Positions 51,216 through 61,447 of a DNA stretch of 64,000 nt are shown one piece after another. Within the stretch, counting starts at the first letter, position 1; each line of letters starts with the position of its first letter. Below the pieces are notes generated by a model. It was not told the DNA's origin. It did no database searches and saw nothing but the letters and a program-made list of their open reading frames with translations. The DNA lies in assembly GCA_963664705.1 (NCBI GenBank), contig OY761556.1, positions 1,344,001 through 1,408,000 on the forward strand, given 5' to 3'. This DNA comes from Acidobacteriota bacterium (GTDB taxonomy: Bacteria > Acidobacteriota > UBA6911). A program made the position numbers and the translations under genes.

Positions 51216-52049
51216 CTATCCGTGATCACCTAAGACTATCCTACGCGACGCAATGGGAATTGCGAACTTATGTTCCCATTTAGGCATTTCGAGTTTTGAG
51301 GAATTGAGCCATGAGCCTATTTCCGGCAGGATATGCGCAATTATGGCCAACCCCCGTTCCACGTCCTCCCTTTGAGCCAGTTTGTCGCCCACTTCTACTA
51401 TCTTCCCCGCCTTCACCTTGTCTTTCCACAGAAGCACTGCAAGGCCAAGATGATGCCACATGGGGGGGGCCGGGTTCATGGACGGATCACCCACATGCAT
51501 TGCAAGCATTGCTACCAGTAAAGCTGGTTTCGGCTTTCGCCATAGGGCTTTGTCCACACGGACCAATTCAGTCCAATCCTCTGAAAAGGTCATCACCGGC
51601 CTAGGCTTATCTCCATTGATGCAGGTCCCATCTCCCAGATACGCGGCCCAATGCTTTCCCGGATACGTTCCCATATCCTCGTATAGTCCGGGCAGAACGG
51701 CTGCATCGTCTCCCAGAACCGTATTTTCCGGCAGCACTTTATATTCGCGTTTTATCCTCATTCCCAGTCTTTGAAGGGCGGCAATGTTTTCATTTTGGTA
51801 ACGCTCATTTTTCCCGAAGAGGGACGCCACGGAAATCGGCAGTAGTGAAGAATCAAACTGGCTTTTCCAAATCACTTGTTTAAGGCAGGAGCATAGCGGC
51901 AGGAGGAAACACTCCGGCACCATTGCTTCCTGGGCTTCAATTATTGAGTTAATCCTGTTCAGTATTCTAGCAGGCTTGGCGGCAATTCTCGTCCTGGCCG
52001 TCTTGCGGATGAGGTCCACAACAATGCTGGCTTGCTCGGCACTAAGCAT
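51216..52049 (-). CDS. Hypothetical protein
   Basis: 277-aa ORF overlapping the wecA-like stop; no motif recognised. Confidence 0.65.
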   Translation of the reverse strand: MLSAEQASIVVDLIRKTARTRIAAKPARILNRINSIIEAQEAMVPECFLLPLCSCLKQVIWKSQFDSSLLPISVASLFGKNERYQNENIAALQRLGMRIKREYKVLPENTVLGDDAAVLPGLYEDMGTYPGKHWAAYLGDGTCINGDKPRPVMTFSEDWTELVRVDKALWRKPKPALLVAMLAMHVGDPSMNPAPPMWHHLGLAVLLWKDKVKAGKIVEVGDKLAQREDVERGLAIIAHILPEIGSWLNSSKLEMPKWEHKFAIPIASRRIVLGDHG

Positions 52050-53253
52050 TTTTGGTCAGGTCCGTTTTGTACAACTGCGAGTGAATGGTGAGACCGGGAT
52101 TGGCCGGATGCTCATTTACCGTGGCAAGGAGTAATTCCTTTGCCTCCTGTCTTTGTTCTATCGAAAGCTTAAGCGCCCATGCGCGCATTCCAAAGCGGCG
52201 TATGGAGAAAACAACGACGACCTCAAGTGCTACCAGCAGCAAACCAGGGGCCACGGTTTTTGTCGTCGCAGCCATTAATGCCATAGCGCAAAAGGCAACG
52301 GCCACCGAATACAGGCCGATCACGATTTGTTTACGGTTTGTACTAAGCCCCAAGAGCAGGTGATGGACGTGATTCCGGTCGGCAAGGAACATGCGCCGTG
52401 CACGCTTTGCGAGCGATAATTTGCCTGACCGTTTGGTGAATCGGAACAGCATCACAAGCAAAGTATCGATAACCGGCAATCCAAGGGCCAGGATAGGGAC
52501 AAGAATCGCAACAGCCGCTGGCGCCTTGATGGATGAGCGAAGGCTGACCACAGCAAGGATAAATCCAAGTGTGAGCGAACCCGCATCCCCAAGATAAATC
52601 TGCGCTGGTGCCCAGTTCTTTCGTAGAAAGCCAAGGCAGGCTCCCACCATTGTTGCCATGATGATGGCGGTTACGAAATCATGGCGCCATATTGAAAAGA
52701 CAAGAAGGCTTGATGCAATAATGGCAACAACCCCTCCCGCGAGGCCATCCAATCCATCAAGAAAATTCACTGCATTAGTAACACCGACGATCCAGAGCAC
52801 AGAGATCAGATCAGTCAGAAATCCCAATTCCAGATTGCCTACCAAAGGGAGGTTGATGGCACCGAAGGACCAGCCGACTTTGACAACAAGGAATGCCGAT
52901 ACAGCCTGGGTTGAAAGGCGAGTTACCATCGCTGTTCCGACTGTGTCCTCGAGGAAGCCGCACAGGAAGATAAGCAAAAAGGCTATGGGGATTGCAAACA
53001 ACTGGGCCTGCGTATTTTGCGATCTCCATATGCCCCAGCGAATCAGGATTATTAGGGCTTGTGCTGCAAAAAATCCCAGGGCCACGGCTACCCCTCCAAG
53101 GCGAGGAATAGCTTCCGCTTGCTGGCGGCGACCGCCGGGGTAATCCATTGCGCGCACCGCCAGCGCAACCCGCTTAACAAATGGCAATGCCGCCGTACTT
53201 GCCAGAAACGACAAGAGGCATCCCAACAAGCTGTAGGCTAAGTTTTCAATCAT
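52042..53253 (-). CDS. wecA: Undecaprenyl-phosphate GlcNAc-1-P transferase (WecA/MraY family)
   Basis: IPRLGG, NAVNFLDGLDGLA, IYLGDAGS, P.IDT, DRNHVHH. Confidence 0.88.
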   Translation of the reverse strand: MIENLAYSLLGCLLSFLASTAALPFVKRVALAVRAMDYPGGRRQQAEAIPRLGGVAVALGFFAAQALIILIRWGIWRSQNTQAQLFAIPIAFLLIFLCGFLEDTVGTAMVTRLSTQAVSAFLVVKVGWSFGAINLPLVGNLELGFLTDLISVLWIVGVTNAVNFLDGLDGLAGGVVAIIASSLLVFSIWRHDFVTAIIMATMVGACLGFLRKNWAPAQIYLGDAGSLTLGFILAVVSLRSSIKAPAAVAILVPILALGLPVIDTLLVMLFRFTKRSGKLSLAKRARRMFLADRNHVHHLLLGLSTNRKQIVIGLYSVAVAFCAMALMAATTKTVAPGLLLVALEVVVVFSIRRFGMRAWALKLSIEQRQEAKELLLATVNEHPANPGLTIHSQLYKTDLTKNA

Positions 53254-54502
53254 TTGTTGTGCGAAGCGCGTCGGAGTGCGGCCGCTCATTGCAGCTTATA
53301 ATTGCTTTGGTGTGGGGGCCGTGTTTCATGCCCACTTCATTTAGCAGGTTGATCCACTTTGCCGTGCATATTGAGCGGTCATATTTTTTTTCAAAAAGTC
53401 TTCGGCCGGCCTGTCCCATTGCTTGCATATGGTCCGGATGGGCCATCGCCTCAATCAGGGTGGCCGCAACTTGTTCCGGGTCGTGATTGCATATCCATCC
53501 CACGCGTTCCAGTTGGATTTCGTCGCCGAGGCTGCTGTCCTTCCCCCCGACCAGGAGAACCGGTCTTCCGGAGGCGAGCGCTGCCGAATATTTGGAAGGC
53601 ACCTGCATCCCGGCTGTTTCATCCCTTAACGTTACGAGATGAATATCTGCATCTCCGTATAGCTCGTTCAATTTTTCACGAGGCTGATAATCCATGAATT
53701 CTACATTTGACAGCATGGCTGCTGCCCTTTTGACCTCTTGCAGTCGAGATCCTCCGCCCACAAACCGGAAGCGTATGCCGGGATTTATTTCGGCCAATAT
53801 TTGTGCCGCGCTGATGACTGCGTCAAATCGATGCGCAAATCCGAGATTGCCAGAATAGAGAACTGTCAGCGCATCTGCGACCTTCCGATAGGCGGTTCTG
53901 TTTTCATTTAGTTGTTTGCCGTCTGCCCAATTGGGGATCACGTGAATAGCCTTAGCCCCTCTATTATCTATCTGCGCTGCCATGTTCTGGTCGAGCGCAA
54001 CTACTGCATCCGCTTTCGAAATAATCAGATTTGATAGGAATTCCAGAATGCGCGTCAGTCTATTTCTGCGAAGTGTTCCCAGGGCAATGGCAATATCGGG
54101 ATATAAGTCCTCAACCTTGTAGACGAACTTGCTGCCACGAAACGTTCCGAGAACGCCAAGCAATGCAACGAAAGGCGGCGTTGAAAGACAAACGAGTACG
54201 TCTTGTCGAGGTGAAAAAAGCACCGCTAGTGCTGCGGACCATAGGAATGTTAAATAGTCGGCCATGCGTCCGATATTGTTTCTGCGTCCGAAATTCGTAC
54301 ACCACACGCGGCGGATAATAATGTTTCCCCAATTTTCCTTCCGATCCAAAGGCCGAGAGTGTTCAGGTGCATAACTGCCGCGACCTGCGAATGCTGTGAC
54401 TTCGCAATTATTACTAGCTAAATCCTGGGCGAGTTGAGTCAATAGCTGCGCCGTTGCCGCCATATCAGGATAAAAATATTGATTGATCAACAAAATTTTC
54501 AC
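53246..54502 (-). CDS. GT4 glycosyltransferase (WcaI/WbuB-like)
   Basis: NQYFYPD, STPPF, DLYPD, IPNWAD, YSGNLG, VPSK. Confidence 0.9.
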   Translation of the reverse strand: MKILLINQYFYPDMAATAQLLTQLAQDLASNNCEVTAFAGRGSYAPEHSRPLDRKENWGNIIIRRVWCTNFGRRNNIGRMADYLTFLWSAALAVLFSPRQDVLVCLSTPPFVALLGVLGTFRGSKFVYKVEDLYPDIAIALGTLRRNRLTRILEFLSNLIISKADAVVALDQNMAAQIDNRGAKAIHVIPNWADGKQLNENRTAYRKVADALTVLYSGNLGFAHRFDAVISAAQILAEINPGIRFRFVGGGSRLQEVKRAAAMLSNVEFMDYQPREKLNELYGDADIHLVTLRDETAGMQVPSKYSAALASGRPVLLVGGKDSSLGDEIQLERVGWICNHDPEQVAATLIEAMAHPDHMQAMGQAGRRLFEKKYDRSICTAKWINLLNEVGMKHGPHTKAIISCNERPHSDALRTTND

Positions 54503-54685
54503 AGAAAATAACTGTTTAACAAAATTGTATAGCTTACAAAACTGCCCAATTATTCAATCGGCAGAAAGCCAGATCACTGTTTCTGGGCTGCGACAAATGT
54601 CCGCTAACCTTGCTGGCAGTGGATTGGACAAGCATTCAGCAGGATGCCTCGAGCACATCTCCCGGACGAATAGGTAATCCATTTT

Positions 54686-55246
54686 TTACAGGTCTCGAAT
54701 TGTGCGGCGACGTATCAGTCGGGCTGGATTGCCGGCGTGAATCTCAAATGCGGGGATCGATTGACTAACAATGGCGCCAGCTAATGCGATCGCACAGTGG
54801 CCCAGCATTACGCCTGGACATACAACTGCATGAGCTCCCACCCAAGCTCCCTGTTCTATAACGATTGGCTTTGCAACTAACCCAAATGCTGGGTCAGCCC
54901 AATCATGATTCCCAGTGCAGAGATACGCGCCCTGGCTAATGCAGGCGTGCTCATCGATCGTTACTGAACTTAGATTGTCGATCCAAACATCCTCTCCAAG
55001 CCATGAAAATTGTCCCACTGATAGCAACCATGGGTATTTAACGCGAACCCCCGGCTTTATTACTACACCATTACCAATCCGTGCTCCAAAAAGCCTAAGC
55101 AGCCAACAGCGAAAACCTGAAAATGGCAGTAGGTTGCAGCGCAATAACGGCAACCCCACCAGAAACCACGCAACACAAATCCAGAGTGGCCGGCCCGGTG
55201 AATACCAGGAATTATCGAATAAAGAAAGGTCTGGTCTAGCGCTCAT
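54686..55246 (-). CDS. wcaF: WcaF-family polysaccharide acetyltransferase
   Basis: LRLFGARIG..VVIKPGVRVKYPW, ISQGAYLCTGNHD, GNPA. Confidence 0.9.
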   Translation of the reverse strand: MSARPDLSLFDNSWYSPGRPLWICVAWFLVGLPLLRCNLLPFSGFRCWLLRLFGARIGNGVVIKPGVRVKYPWLLSVGQFSWLGEDVWIDNLSSVTIDEHACISQGAYLCTGNHDWADPAFGLVAKPIVIEQGAWVGAHAVVCPGVMLGHCAIALAGAIVSQSIPAFEIHAGNPARLIRRRTIRDL

Positions 55247-56427
55247 TCATAAATTTCTACGCTGCGAGGTCGGGATCCCCCCAATACCCATGAGTATAGT
55301 TCAGACATTTGCAGGCCAATTGAGGGCCATGTATAGAACCTGCGGACTAATGCGGATCCTGCTGCGCCCATCCTTTCAAGTTCTCTTTTGGGCAGGGCAA
55401 GAACCTTGACAAGCAAACCCGCTAGTTCAGCAACTTCGGGCTCGATTACCCAGCCGCAATCACTTCGTTCCATTTCAGAGAATCTGCATTGTCGGCTAAT
55501 AATCACCGGACACCCAGCGCCCAATGCTTCAAGCACTGCAATGCTAAATCCCTCTGAATACGATGGCAGTACAAAAACTGTTGCAGCCGTCAAGGCGCTC
55601 CACTTTAGCGTTTCATTCAGCATTCCTGTGAACGTTACCCGATCGGTTATTCCGAGAGCTGTGATACGGCCTTGCAGTTGCCTCAATGTTGCTTCCGAAT
55701 CTGGCCCTGCGAACACAAGCTGTGTATCGGGATAGTCTCGTTCAATAGCTCCCCAAGCACGAGCAAGCAATTCGACGCCTTTCTTATAATGAATGCGTCC
55801 AAGAAAGAGCACCAGCCGGCGATCTCGTAATTCGGGCCAGCGTTGCCAAAATGCTTCAGGGTCTATCCTTTGAGGGATCGTTACACCGTTAGGGATCACA
55901 GCCACGGGATTTTTTAAACCCCATTCCCGGTAGTCATCGACCTCTTCTTTGCTGAGCGCGCGCAGGCATGTGGCTCTTCGAAGGTTCGATTGCTCTATCA
56001 CCGCACTATATATGGCCTTCTTCCAGCGCTTATTAGCTAACGCCCAATGCTCAAGCATTCCATGTGCTGAGACTATATAAGGCTTACCCAGTTTTCGACA
56101 AAACCGCCCTGCCCAAAGGCAATGCTCCTGCCACAATCCATGGATATGCGCCAATTCGGATTTTTCGATTTCCGCGCAGAGCGCTAGGCGTAGCTGTTTT
56201 TTTGTTATCCATCTCCAGTGACCGGCAGGAAACAAGCCAATATTTGATCCTTGCATTTTGTTCTCTTTACTCTTTCCAGCGATACTGATTACTGGAGCGC
56301 GGAAACATCCTGCCTCGTCAATAGCGCGGCACAAATATGGAGTCGATGCGGCAATTCCTCCTAACTCAGAGTTGAGTCCTGCCACTATATTAACGCATAC
56401 ACCAATTGCCGTTTGTTCGCTTTCCAT
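55243..56427 (-). CDS. GT4 glycosyltransferase
   Basis: HIHGLW, FLGRIHYKKG, PSYSEGFSIAVLEA. Confidence 0.92.
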   Translation of the reverse strand: MESEQTAIGVCVNIVAGLNSELGGIAASTPYLCRAIDEAGCFRAPVISIAGKSKENKMQGSNIGLFPAGHWRWITKKQLRLALCAEIEKSELAHIHGLWQEHCLWAGRFCRKLGKPYIVSAHGMLEHWALANKRWKKAIYSAVIEQSNLRRATCLRALSKEEVDDYREWGLKNPVAVIPNGVTIPQRIDPEAFWQRWPELRDRRLVLFLGRIHYKKGVELLARAWGAIERDYPDTQLVFAGPDSEATLRQLQGRITALGITDRVTFTGMLNETLKWSALTAATVFVLPSYSEGFSIAVLEALGAGCPVIISRQCRFSEMERSDCGWVIEPEVAELAGLLVKVLALPKRELERMGAAGSALVRRFYTWPSIGLQMSELYSWVLGGSRPRSVEIYE

Positions 56428-56443
56428 ATAGCTGTTTGCGATA

Positions 56444-57622
56444 TCAGAGACCGGTAATTCGCAGAACCTCTGCAGCCCAGTGCTCGAGAGAGTATTTCCT
56501 AATGATCTCGGACGAGCGTTGGCCGATTGCGATTCGGCTTTTATCAGCCATGGCCCAGATTCGGTTCATGGCATGAGAAAGAGTGCCCTCCGTCAGGGGA
56601 TCAAATGTGTACCCATTTCCACCTTCCTCGACTAGATCGTCGACACATCCGCAGTGAGTCGAAACCAATACGGGAAGTCCGGAGGCCATTGCCTCGTTAA
56701 CCGTTAAGCCCCAGGTTTCATTTTTACTAGGGAGAATCAGGCATTGTGCGAATGCATAGCAAACCAATAATGCAGTTCCGGTTCTAAATCCAGCAAATAG
56801 GACCTCTGGTATTTGTAGTTGCCTCACGATGGTTTGTAACTCGGTTTCCATTGGACCGGCACCGGTTATCACCAGTGCCCAGTTACCTCCACCGAGCCGG
56901 TAGCTTCGATATTCCTCGAGTAGGTAGCGTAGATTTTTTTCCTCAGACAGCCGTCCCACAAAAAGGAAATAATTCTTGGGCATGCCGTATTGCAGCGGTG
57001 TAAGTCGGCGTAGACTACGCGTGCCTCGAGCAAAATAATCATTTTCCACTACATCGTAAAAACCTGCAATATTGGTTTGTCTGAATCCTAGTGATGAGAC
57101 ATATGCGGATGAGCGCTTCCCTGCTGTAATTGCACCATGGAACAAGATGCTACAAAGCGCTGCCTTCACAAATTCCTTACAGCGCCCACGTGTGCGGTCG
57201 TTCGCTGTACTGTCCAGCATTAACACTGATCTTCGCCGATGCATCTGCGCCCACAATGCTGCTACAATTGCGGGTAACGTGTTATAGCCTGGAATCAAAA
57301 CAACCTTTGGGTCCAATTTTCCCAATTCCCGCCACATGGCCCCCGCCATACGCAATTGACTTTCCTTTTCCCAATCAGCGCCCGGCAATACGGTTGTTAA
57401 TGGCAAACCGTCATGATGCCGAGCGCGAAACGAGATGCCGCTGTGAATCCCTTCTCCTCCAACCATCTCGATGCCTCGCACCCGGCCCCTTAAGGACGGA
57501 TGGCGCATGAGGGCGCGTAGCCGTGCCAAATGATAAGGTCCCCAATCTAGCCAAATTATTGCCAGTGCGCATTCATCGCGCATGCATATATACCGCTGTG
57601 GTTTCCGTAGCCATGCGCTCAA
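56444..57622 (-). CDS. GT4 glycosyltransferase
   Basis: GPYHLARL, FVGRLSEEKN, ETWGLTVNEAMASGLPV. Confidence 0.92.
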   Translation of the reverse strand: MSAWLRKPQRYICMRDECALAIIWLDWGPYHLARLRALMRHPSLRGRVRGIEMVGGEGIHSGISFRARHHDGLPLTTVLPGADWEKESQLRMAGAMWRELGKLDPKVVLIPGYNTLPAIVAALWAQMHRRRSVLMLDSTANDRTRGRCKEFVKAALCSILFHGAITAGKRSSAYVSSLGFRQTNIAGFYDVVENDYFARGTRSLRRLTPLQYGMPKNYFLFVGRLSEEKNLRYLLEEYRSYRLGGGNWALVITGAGPMETELQTIVRQLQIPEVLFAGFRTGTALLVCYAFAQCLILPSKNETWGLTVNEAMASGLPVLVSTHCGCVDDLVEEGGNGYTFDPLTEGTLSHAMNRIWAMADKSRIAIGQRSSEIIRKYSLEHWAAEVLRITGL

Positions 57623-58724
57623 CCGAAAAAAATCGACGAACCCTCTCTATTTGATCCATTCCTGGTCCCCGGCTATCCAAGGAACGATGAAGCGCGGACG
57701 CGATGGCCGCCGCGGAACGGTCATCTGCCAAAATCGACCAGGGGACATGCTCCTGCAGTTCTTCGATTCCGGGATAGGGTGCGACTGCGATTCGCTTACC
57801 AAGGCATGCTGCTTCGATGAACGATTGCGGCATGCCCTCGAATTGCGAAGTCAATGCGAAAACATTAATATTGTGCCAAAAGGATTCAGGTTCGTCGATC
57901 CACCCCGTAATTCGAATAAAAGGCTCAACCCCTAAATCCGCAGCACGCGATTGGAGTGATTCGCGAAGGCTCCCATCTCCAACAAATAATAGCCGGCTTC
58001 CGATGTGCGTTTTCTGGAATAGTGCAAATGCCTCGATAAGCGCCAGGGGATCCTTTTGCGGTTCTAACCTTCCCACCAAGCCAATCACCGGCACCTTGGT
58101 TTCGCGAGTAGCTATCGCAGAGGATCCACCGTCAAACGTTCCGTTTGCAACCTCGAAACAAGTCTCGGTAACCCCATACATGGCATTGAATTCATCCAGC
58201 GCTGATCTCGACACCAAGATTTTGGGATATAAGATTCGATGATAAAAGGCCCTCATCGCCGCGATACGCAACCGGCCAAAGGGTCGATTGCGTTTTGTGC
58301 TGCACATCGGGAGGTGGATGGTCCCGACGAATGGAAGTTGTGCCCAATGGCCGGCTAGCACGAGGTCCAGGCCATCTTCATCGTACTGCTGATTAATGTG
58401 GATAACATCTGGGCGAAGATCACGATATTGTTTTGCAAGCCGTTGCTGCTGGGCAAAATCAGCCAGTGCCGAAACGAATCGAGTGCGCCGCTCCCGTAAT
58501 GCGCGGATTGGTCGTCTTACAACCTGAGCACCTACACTGCTGAGCTGCATCGCCCATCTGTCCATATAGGGCTGCATCCCCAAAAGCACTATAACCTCAT
58601 GCCCAAGCTTGTGCAGACCAAGCGAAAGATAAGTTATGTAACGCTCTCCACCGCCAGAACCGCTGGAATTGGAGCTAACTATGAGCACTCTCATGACAAT
58701 CTGCAATTCTCCGATATACGCCAT
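57573..58724 (-). CDS. GT4 glycosyltransferase
   Basis: GGGERY, VGRLEPQK, SQFEGMPQSFIEA. Confidence 0.9.
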   Translation of the reverse strand: MAYIGELQIVMRVLIVSSNSSGSGGGERYITYLSLGLHKLGHEVIVLLGMQPYMDRWAMQLSSVGAQVVRRPIRALRERRTRFVSALADFAQQQRLAKQYRDLRPDVIHINQQYDEDGLDLVLAGHWAQLPFVGTIHLPMCSTKRNRPFGRLRIAAMRAFYHRILYPKILVSRSALDEFNAMYGVTETCFEVANGTFDGGSSAIATRETKVPVIGLVGRLEPQKDPLALIEAFALFQKTHIGSRLLFVGDGSLRESLQSRAADLGVEPFIRITGWIDEPESFWHNINVFALTSQFEGMPQSFIEAACLGKRIAVAPYPGIEELQEHVPWSILADDRSAAAIASALHRSLDSRGPGMDQIERVRRFFSVERMATETTAVYMHAR

Positions 58725-59967
58725 GTTCCTGTGGCCAAATTGCTTCCGGAGAGAAATCTTTACTTCGGGTTATGGCCGCTATTGAAAATCGCTCGATCAG
58801 ATTTGGGTCATCACGAAATTTGCGAATAGCCTCTGCCAATGCTTGGCTATCTCGGGCTGGGATAATGAATCCGGAAACTCCGTCTTCTACCACCGCTCCG
58901 CAACATGGTGTGGCGACTACCGGCAGCCCATGAGCCATAGCCTCGATTTGTGTAATCGCAAAACCGTCCGAAAGGGTGGGCAAAATGAACAAATCATGTG
59001 ATGCATAAAAAGACGATGCCATGTTTCTCGGTACTGGTCCGATTATTTTCATGTTCGTTGGTAATGAGAGCGTGCTCATACGGATGCCAATAGGTCCTCC
59101 GATCGTAAACGAAACGCCTTCTTTCTCTAGAAGGCGCGCTGCCTCGATGGTTGGGACTATTCCCTTGCTGAGAGTTACGTTTCCTAACCATAACACTCGC
59201 AGCTTGCTGCTGCGTCGATGTTCAAATGCCAATTGGGGCCCGGAATAGGCAAGGGGGAGCATCTCAATCTTGCAAGATGGTACGCCTTGTTCAATCAGGG
59301 CGCGTCGTGTCCACTCAGAGGCAACTATAACGCACCTTGCCTCATCCCATTCTTCCTCTAGCCGGGCAAAGTAAGATTCGGGGATTCCTGTTCTGCCCAA
59401 CGGCGCCAATTCGGGGAATCGTGATTCCTCTTCACTGACAATTCTTGCATGCATCCTGGCTGCATCAAATTGAACTACGGCGCCAGCCCGGCCTTGGCTT
59501 CGTTCGAAACGCAGACTCTCAAGTGCGCCACTTGCAAAACCAATGAAAACATTGTGATTTATATCGAGCCAGCGAATGCATTGCCGAGCAAAATCCTGTC
59601 CCTCAGTAAGGAAATGCCGATAAAGCGATTCATTATCGTGACAGCGCCGTCGGATCAAAGCTCCACAAAGGCCGATGTGGTAGAGAGCGATCACCTTTCT
59701 AAGCGGAATCCCTTTTGTGCACCTACTGGCCATTCTCATCAACAAAGGCCACCTCAAAGCCGTCGCTATGCCGGTTGAACCCCATCCAAATGGGTTCCAG
59801 AAATCCGTTATCAACCGGGCCAATACTCCATTTCTTTCCGCACCTCGTGACAATTGGTAATGCTGACGTGCGCCTAAGTGGGCTATTATCAACCGAAGTG
59901 GTTCTCTGCGATGTCTGCTATCCATTGGGCGGTTCCTGCAAACATTTTGCAAATTTCCTCGCTGCAT
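58675..59967 (-). CDS. GT4 glycosyltransferase
   Basis: LGNVTLSKG, PTLSDGFAITQIEAMAHGLPV. Confidence 0.9.
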   Translation of the reverse strand: MQRGNLQNVCRNRPMDSRHRREPLRLIIAHLGARQHYQLSRGAERNGVLARLITDFWNPFGWGSTGIATALRWPLLMRMASRCTKGIPLRKVIALYHIGLCGALIRRRCHDNESLYRHFLTEGQDFARQCIRWLDINHNVFIGFASGALESLRFERSQGRAGAVVQFDAARMHARIVSEEESRFPELAPLGRTGIPESYFARLEEEWDEARCVIVASEWTRRALIEQGVPSCKIEMLPLAYSGPQLAFEHRRSSKLRVLWLGNVTLSKGIVPTIEAARLLEKEGVSFTIGGPIGIRMSTLSLPTNMKIIGPVPRNMASSFYASHDLFILPTLSDGFAITQIEAMAHGLPVVATPCCGAVVEDGVSGFIIPARDSQALAEAIRKFRDDPNLIERFSIAAITRSKDFSPEAIWPQEHGVYRRIADCHESAHS

Positions 59968-61447
59968 ATGAACGAGTTTCCCTTACTGCTGGATTAATCC
60001 TCGATGCCTTGGTGGCCGGTAAAGCCCATATACCGGCGATCATGCAGGCAAGTAGCCCCCAGTAGGTCTTCCAATTTCCAGCTGACAAGCTCATAAAACC
60101 GAAGAAGATAGGGAACAATTCAACTAGAAAAGGAAGAGCAAATACGAACCCGCGACGCCTAATCAAGATCACAGGCGCCCTGAAGAAGAGGCATGTGAAT
60201 AGCACCAGGCCCACTATGCCGCTTGATGACCCAAAATCGAGAAAAACGTTGTGTGCTGCTCCGCCGATTGCATCGATTCCAACTCTGCCTGCGCCATATT
60301 CGCCGAAATCCCAGATTTCGCCTTTTGTAATGCCTATCAAGGGATATTTTTTCATTATTTCGAAGTGGGTATCCCAGGACGACAATCGTCCGGCCATAAA
60401 ACTATCTGATTGAGTGGTTCGTTCTGTCTCTAAGTTACGTGCTTGAAGGGCCGAATAGGCCTGGTCGATGCCAAATTGTTGTCTCGCAGGCTCGTAGGCA
60501 AGTACGAATATCCCCACCATGCAGGCTGTTACCGGGAGCAATATGGAGGTCCTCCGCGTTCGTCGCGACGGACCAAACATCCAGATCACCAAGAGACAGA
60601 ATGTCGAGAGTGCCATTGCATACAAAGCGCCTCGGGAAAGAGTTGCGCCAATTGCCGGCAATGCAAGCGCTGCTAAGGGAACTCCGCCCAATAATAAAAT
60701 CTTTCGCAATCTAGTGCTTGATACCATAAGCCGAGAGAAGAGCATCAACCCAACCACTCCAATGACCAGCAAGGGAATGTTTAGGCCGGCCGTATTTGCA
60801 TCAGCTCGACCCGCGCCAATCCGGAACACTTCTTGATCTGCCATGTGGGATGTAAGAGCCAATTCATATATCGTTGCTACGACAGGCAGTCCCAACCGCC
60901 AAGCCCAATAGCCCAAAACTGGGAATGCGCCTCCTATTGCCAAAAAGAAAAGCGCTCGGTGCAGTTGGTCTCGTGCCCGAAGAGCATAAATAAAGCAGAC
61001 AAGCCCCGTGATAAATGCCAATAGCATTGGGATATGCAACTGACCCCGCGCCATTGCAAAGGCCGCAAGGAACCAACAAGCAAAAGGAGCAATGTACGAA
61101 GTCATTGGATAAAGATATTTTAGGTAAGCAATGCAACCATTGAGGGGGAGCGTAACTAGCCATCCAATCATCAGCATCTGGGCCAATGTAAAGGGAGAGA
61201 GCGCCGGATCGGGAACGATTTGGGAACCAGAAATAAACAGAAACCAAGCGAACGGATCTTTGACAGCAATCATAACTGCGCTTATGCCGATCAATAATCC
61301 CAGAATCCCTCTGTTGAGCGGGGCGAACATAAGTGCTATTAGCGATACTCCGACATAGCACTCGTAAAAGGATAACAGACCTTTCTTCCGCCTAATATTG
61401 CTCGACAGAGGCAGGAAAGGTTTATGTTCGCTTGTACAACTGTTCAT
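59918..61447 (-). CDS. Wzy / O-antigen ligase-like polymerase
   Basis: Multi-TM; DAN, TLSRGA, YPLIG, AHNVFL...GIVG. Confidence 0.8.
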   Translation of the reverse strand: MNSCTSEHKPFLPLSSNIRRKKGLLSFYECYVGVSLIALMFAPLNRGILGLLIGISAVMIAVKDPFAWFLFISGSQIVPDPALSPFTLAQMLMIGWLVTLPLNGCIAYLKYLYPMTSYIAPFACWFLAAFAMARGQLHIPMLLAFITGLVCFIYALRARDQLHRALFFLAIGGAFPVLGYWAWRLGLPVVATIYELALTSHMADQEVFRIGAGRADANTAGLNIPLLVIGVVGLMLFSRLMVSSTRLRKILLLGGVPLAALALPAIGATLSRGALYAMALSTFCLLVIWMFGPSRRTRRTSILLPVTACMVGIFVLAYEPARQQFGIDQAYSALQARNLETERTTQSDSFMAGRLSSWDTHFEIMKKYPLIGITKGEIWDFGEYGAGRVGIDAIGGAAHNVFLDFGSSSGIVGLVLFTCLFFRAPVILIRRRGFVFALPFLVELFPIFFGFMSLSAGNWKTYWGLLACMIAGIWALPATKASRINPAVRETRSYAARKFAKCLQEPPNG

